Of a stretch of 64,000 bases of DNA, positions 60,401-64,000 are shown one piece after another. The first letter of the stretch is position 1, and every line of letters begins with the position of its first letter. Below the pieces are notes generated by a model that did not search any database, was not told where the DNA came from, and worked only from the letters and a program-made list of their open reading frames with translations. This DNA comes from Antedon mediterranea. Its lineage: Eukaryota; Animalia; Echinodermata. The DNA lies in the NCBI RefSeq assembly GCF_964355755.1, contig NC_092677.1, positions 394,101-458,100 of the forward strand, in the 5' to 3' direction. The translations under genes were made by a program, and so were the position numbers.

Positions 60401-60677
60401 GATGTGTTCTTAAAAAATGTTTGCTCAAATTAGTGAAATTGTTTAAAACATCCATTTTTAGGAATGACAGGAATTCAAGCAAAGGTTTTCAGCCCACTGT
60501 CATGCACCACACCCACCTCCCCTCAGACCCATGAGCTACGAGAGCAGCTGGAACAAGGGTTTGCAACAGCGCCACCATTCCCCATGCCATCGCTACTGAT
60601 TTTGTTAAGGAAGGAGAATGCTTATGGTCAAGGGAATGCACTGATTGAAGGACTGATGGTCCAGCTTGCACTACAGG
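54412..60677 (+). CDS. DNAAF8: DNAAF8 / C16orf71 (Daap1)-like protein with NDK-like domains; at least 11 coding exons, 3' end outside the window
   Basis: Exons 54412-54516, 55039-55585, 55838-56003, 56424-56640, 56844-56896, 57171-57311, 57697-57763, 57909-58160, 58422-59749, 60080-60255, 60462-60677 (phases consistent). N-terminal IFTEVQEKLPSLEFDLSD-ASSDEELSIF resembles the C16orf71 N-terminus. NDK-like GPILAFALRG...VGPSDPQIARRTDPKSLIALFG. Head-to-head with ANKS3. Confidence 0.82.
54576..54913. mobile_element. PIF/Harbinger-type MITE (~52-bp TIRs, TAA TSD)
   Basis: tgcacttgtcaattgtatgactcactatacgacccccgggagaggtgcgtca and its reverse complement; TAA at 54573-54575 and 54914-54916; internal ggtgcgtca reiterations. 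Confidence 0.9.
56250..56350. repeat. Minisatellite, ~4 x 24 bp (aaaagagcaaaagattaatgttga)
   Basis: Direct reading. Confidence 0.9.
57269..57580. repeat. 7 x 44-bp tandem repeat spanning the donor of DNAAF8-like exon 6
   Basis: ATCAG|gtaaa junction copies with GT at 57312, 57356, 57400, 57444, 57488, 57532 and 57576 (last copy ATCCG|gt). Confidence 0.95.
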
Positions 60678-60969
60678 GTAAGGCTTGTGTCTCAATGTAT
60701 TTTGGCAAAATATTTCTCAAAGACAACAAACCACAAACATAAAACCAGATCAAAACCAGATATCTATGCCTGGATAACCCATAAATGTTTTAAAATAACA
60801 ACCTTTTTCCAAAAACATTTAATAATGTACCTGTGCCTGACATACACAAGCCACAGTCGTCGATTTTTCATCGTGCGAATATGTATCAACGACAAACGGA
60901 AGCAAATCGTCCATTGGAGAATCATCAATTTCTACAAATAAAACCCCACAGAGACCAAATACACCAAGA

Positions 60970-63905
60970 GTGGAGCCAGTACCTGGACACAGTCCGCCGA
61001 CTGCAAAAGGACACAGCGCCATAAGTACTCATTTTTCTAAATTAAAATTATGTGTACTTAATGCTCGATCCACGCAACGCAAAGCCTCAAGAAAAGGAGT
61101 GGAGCAAGTATCTGGAAATGGTGAGACGAGTACTAAATCCACAGAAAAGCATAGGTCTATAGAAAAAGCACATCTTAATTTTGGCGTTCTAAATGCACGT
61201 TCACTGCGTAACAAGTGTGATGAATTTGTGGACTTAGTTGTTAGCTATAATCTAGATGTAGTGGCGGTGTCTGAAACCTGGTTAAGACCAGATGATGATC
61301 TTGTGATTGGAGATTTAACTCCACTAGGATATCGCTTTGTGCATGTCCCTAGGGTGGACAAAACTGGGGGTGGTGTTGGAATTCTGTCTAAGTCAAGCCT
61401 AGTTGTTAACTTGAAAACGGATGTACATACATATGCATCATTTGAGGCTATACATGTGCATATTACGTCTAACTCGAAATCTCTTCGTTTAGTTAACATA
61501 TATCGACCACCAACCTTGTCTGAGTTCCTAAATGATTTTGAAAAAATGTTGTTTGACTTTATTCTCTTTTCGTCTGAAATTGTTTTCTGCGGAGACTTTA
61601 ATATCCATATGGATAATAAAAAAAATGTGGCAGCGGATAGATTTAAAACACTGCTTAGATCGTTTGGTCTCCAGCAGCATATAAATGAACCCACACACTG
61701 TAGTGGGCACTGCCTCGACCTTATCATCACTAGAGATGATCTACTTCTCTCGGATGTAAAGATACACCCTGGCCTGTCAGATCATTTTGCCATATTTTGC
61801 AAGTTTGATCTTAAACGGCCCACAACACACAAAACTGTAAGAAAAAGTCGCAACCTAAAACAAATTGATATTGAGAAATTCACAAATGACATTAAAGCCT
61901 GTGTGTCTAATATAACTGATTTAAGTGTAATTCTTGAAGACAGTGTAGAAAGCTATTCTGATCTCAGAGCTGTACTTGATTTACATGCGCCAGTTCAGAA
62001 CAAAACAATTAGGCAAAAGGAAGCTAAACCGTGGTATACCGATGAAATTCGATCTGAAAGGAAAGTACGTCGTCAACTTGAACGTAAATGGATGAAATCA
62101 AAGCTTCCTAAGGATAGACAGGAATACTGTGTTCAAAGATGCGTTGTAAATGGACTGATTGAAAAGGCCAAGACGCGGTATTACTCTAGTCTGGTTAGTG
62201 ACTGCACAGGTGATCAAAAGAAACTTTTCAATATAGTAAATAAACTTTTACATCACTCCAAGTTATAACTGCTTCTGATAAATGTAATATATCTTATGGT
62301 TTAACTAGGTCTATACGGTTTTCTCAGTTCGAACCTGCAAGTGATGAGGACATTTTAAAAATTGTCAAAAATTCTCCCTCTAAATCATGTGCACTTGACC
62401 CGGTACCAACTTCACTGATTAAGAAATGTACTTCTGCATTTATTCCATTAATCACACATATTGTTAATAAGTCTCTTGAAAGTGGTTCTTTCCCAGAGTC
62501 TCTAAAAGTCACCCATGTTCGACCCACATTGAAAAAAACAGGTCTAGATCCCGAGATTCTGAAAAACTACAGACCTATCTCGAATCTTAGTTTTTTAGGA
62601 AAAATAATTGAGAAGGTTGTTTCTAAACGGATTTTGTCGCATGTACAAAAACATGGCCTACTTGATCCGTATCAATCTGCCTACAAAGCGCATCACAGTA
62701 CTGAAACGGCATTACTTCGTGTAAATAATGACATCCTACGTGGGATGGATGATGGAAAGCTAACTGCTCTAGTATTATTAGATTTAAGTGCAGCATTTGA
62801 TACGGTTGATCATTCTGTGTTGCTAAATAGACTCAGTACTTATATTGGTATTGAAGGAAAAGCACTTGATTGGTGTCGGTCATATTTGGAAAAACGACCT
62901 CAACACGTATGTATTGGTGATGCTATTTCAAAAGCTTCTTTTCTAAACTTTTCGGTACCACAAGGATCTGTTCTTGGGCCGCAATGGTTTACTATTTATT
63001 TACACCCGATACGGGATATCATAAGTAAATATGATCTGTGCTATCATGTTTATGCTGATGATACTCAGATTTATATTTCTTTTAAACCTACTATGAAACA
63101 CAGTGACATTTCTTTGGAATTGCTCCAACATTGTATCTATGAATTGCGTGTCTGGATGAAAAACAACTTTCTTAAATTAAATGATGAAAAAACAGAATTT
63201 GTTCTCTTTGGATCAAAACAGCAGTTGGAAAAACTGCCACCAAGCTTTATTCACATTGGTGAAACCCAAATTGACCCGGCTAGGCAGGTTAGAAATCTTG
63301 GGGTTGAAATGGATGTGGGTATGACTATGATTTCTCATATCTCAAAAACTATTTCTGCGTCGTCTTTTCACTTTCGAAGGATTCGTAAGTTTATAAATGA
63401 GACAGCAGCTAAACAACTTGTTCATGCTTTTGTCACTTCACGACTAGATATGGGAAACTCTTTGCTATACGGGCTACCACAAAAACAACTCCACAGGCTC
63501 CAACTGATTCAAAATACAGCGGCACAAGTTGTTAAAAAATTACCAAGATATGGACACATATCAAACACTTTGGAAATATTGCATTGGCTCCCTGTTAGGT
63601 ACCGCATTGTTTTTAAAATATTACTTTTTGTTTTTAAGTCTATAAATGGCATGGCTCCTGAATATATTTCTGACATGCTTAGGCTGTATGTTCCCGGACG
63701 TAATCTGCGCTCTAGTGACTCGCTGCTTCTACATCAGCCTAAGTCTCACCACTCATGGGGTGACAGAGCATTCTCCGTTACTGCTCCTCGTCTGTGGAAT
63801 GCTCTACCGAGCTCTATAAGATTTTGCAAAACTGTTGATACTTTTAAAAAATTATTAAAAACACATTTATTCATTAAGGCATATGGAAATCATGAGGTTT
63901 CTTAA
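60970..63905 (+). mobile_element. CR1/L2-type LINE ORF2 (APE endonuclease + RT), interrupted, inside a DNAAF8-like intron
   Basis: EN motifs LNARSL, SETWL, NIYRPP, GDFN, LDLI, SDH (60970-62268). RT motifs NYRPISNL, LDLSAAFDTVDH, VPQGSVLGP, YADDTQ, HWLP (~62325-63905). Stop, frame break and apparently shortened linker at ~62268-62325. Confidence 0.95.
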
Positions 63906-64000
63906 AGTTGTTTAGACTTAGAATTGTTTTGTATACCTTTTCCTGGCCAGCATTATCTTTGGGGTGCCTCTGTCTTGGTTGTTGTCTCTGAGCACCCGGT

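Overview
AT-rich, intron-containing animal genomic DNA; a marine invertebrate such as an echinoderm is an inference, not something the sequence proves. I assembled five multi-exon genes by hand with frame-consistent splice junctions. They are CBL (-), head-to-head with TBC1D23 (+); an SLC5A8-like sodium:solute symporter (-); and ANKS3 (-), head-to-head with a DNAAF8/C16orf71-like gene carrying NDK-like domains (+, runs off the window). The introns are full of mobile DNA: two Harbinger-type MITE families, a long-TIR Academ-like element with a nested LINE fragment, a Penelope-like element with an inverted pLTR and hammerhead-like motif, SINE fragments, and a decayed CR1/L2-type LINE. Two observations stand out. 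(1) A 2.1-kb CAC...GTG transposon with a 4-bp TSD whose two ends look like an asymmetric V(D)J RSS pair: heptamer + 11 or 21 bp spacer + ACAAAAAGT. (2) Tandem repeats that copy real exon-intron junctions in three genes, creating arrays of decoy splice sites in which only one copy keeps the frame. Coordinates were counted by eye and may be off by a few bases.
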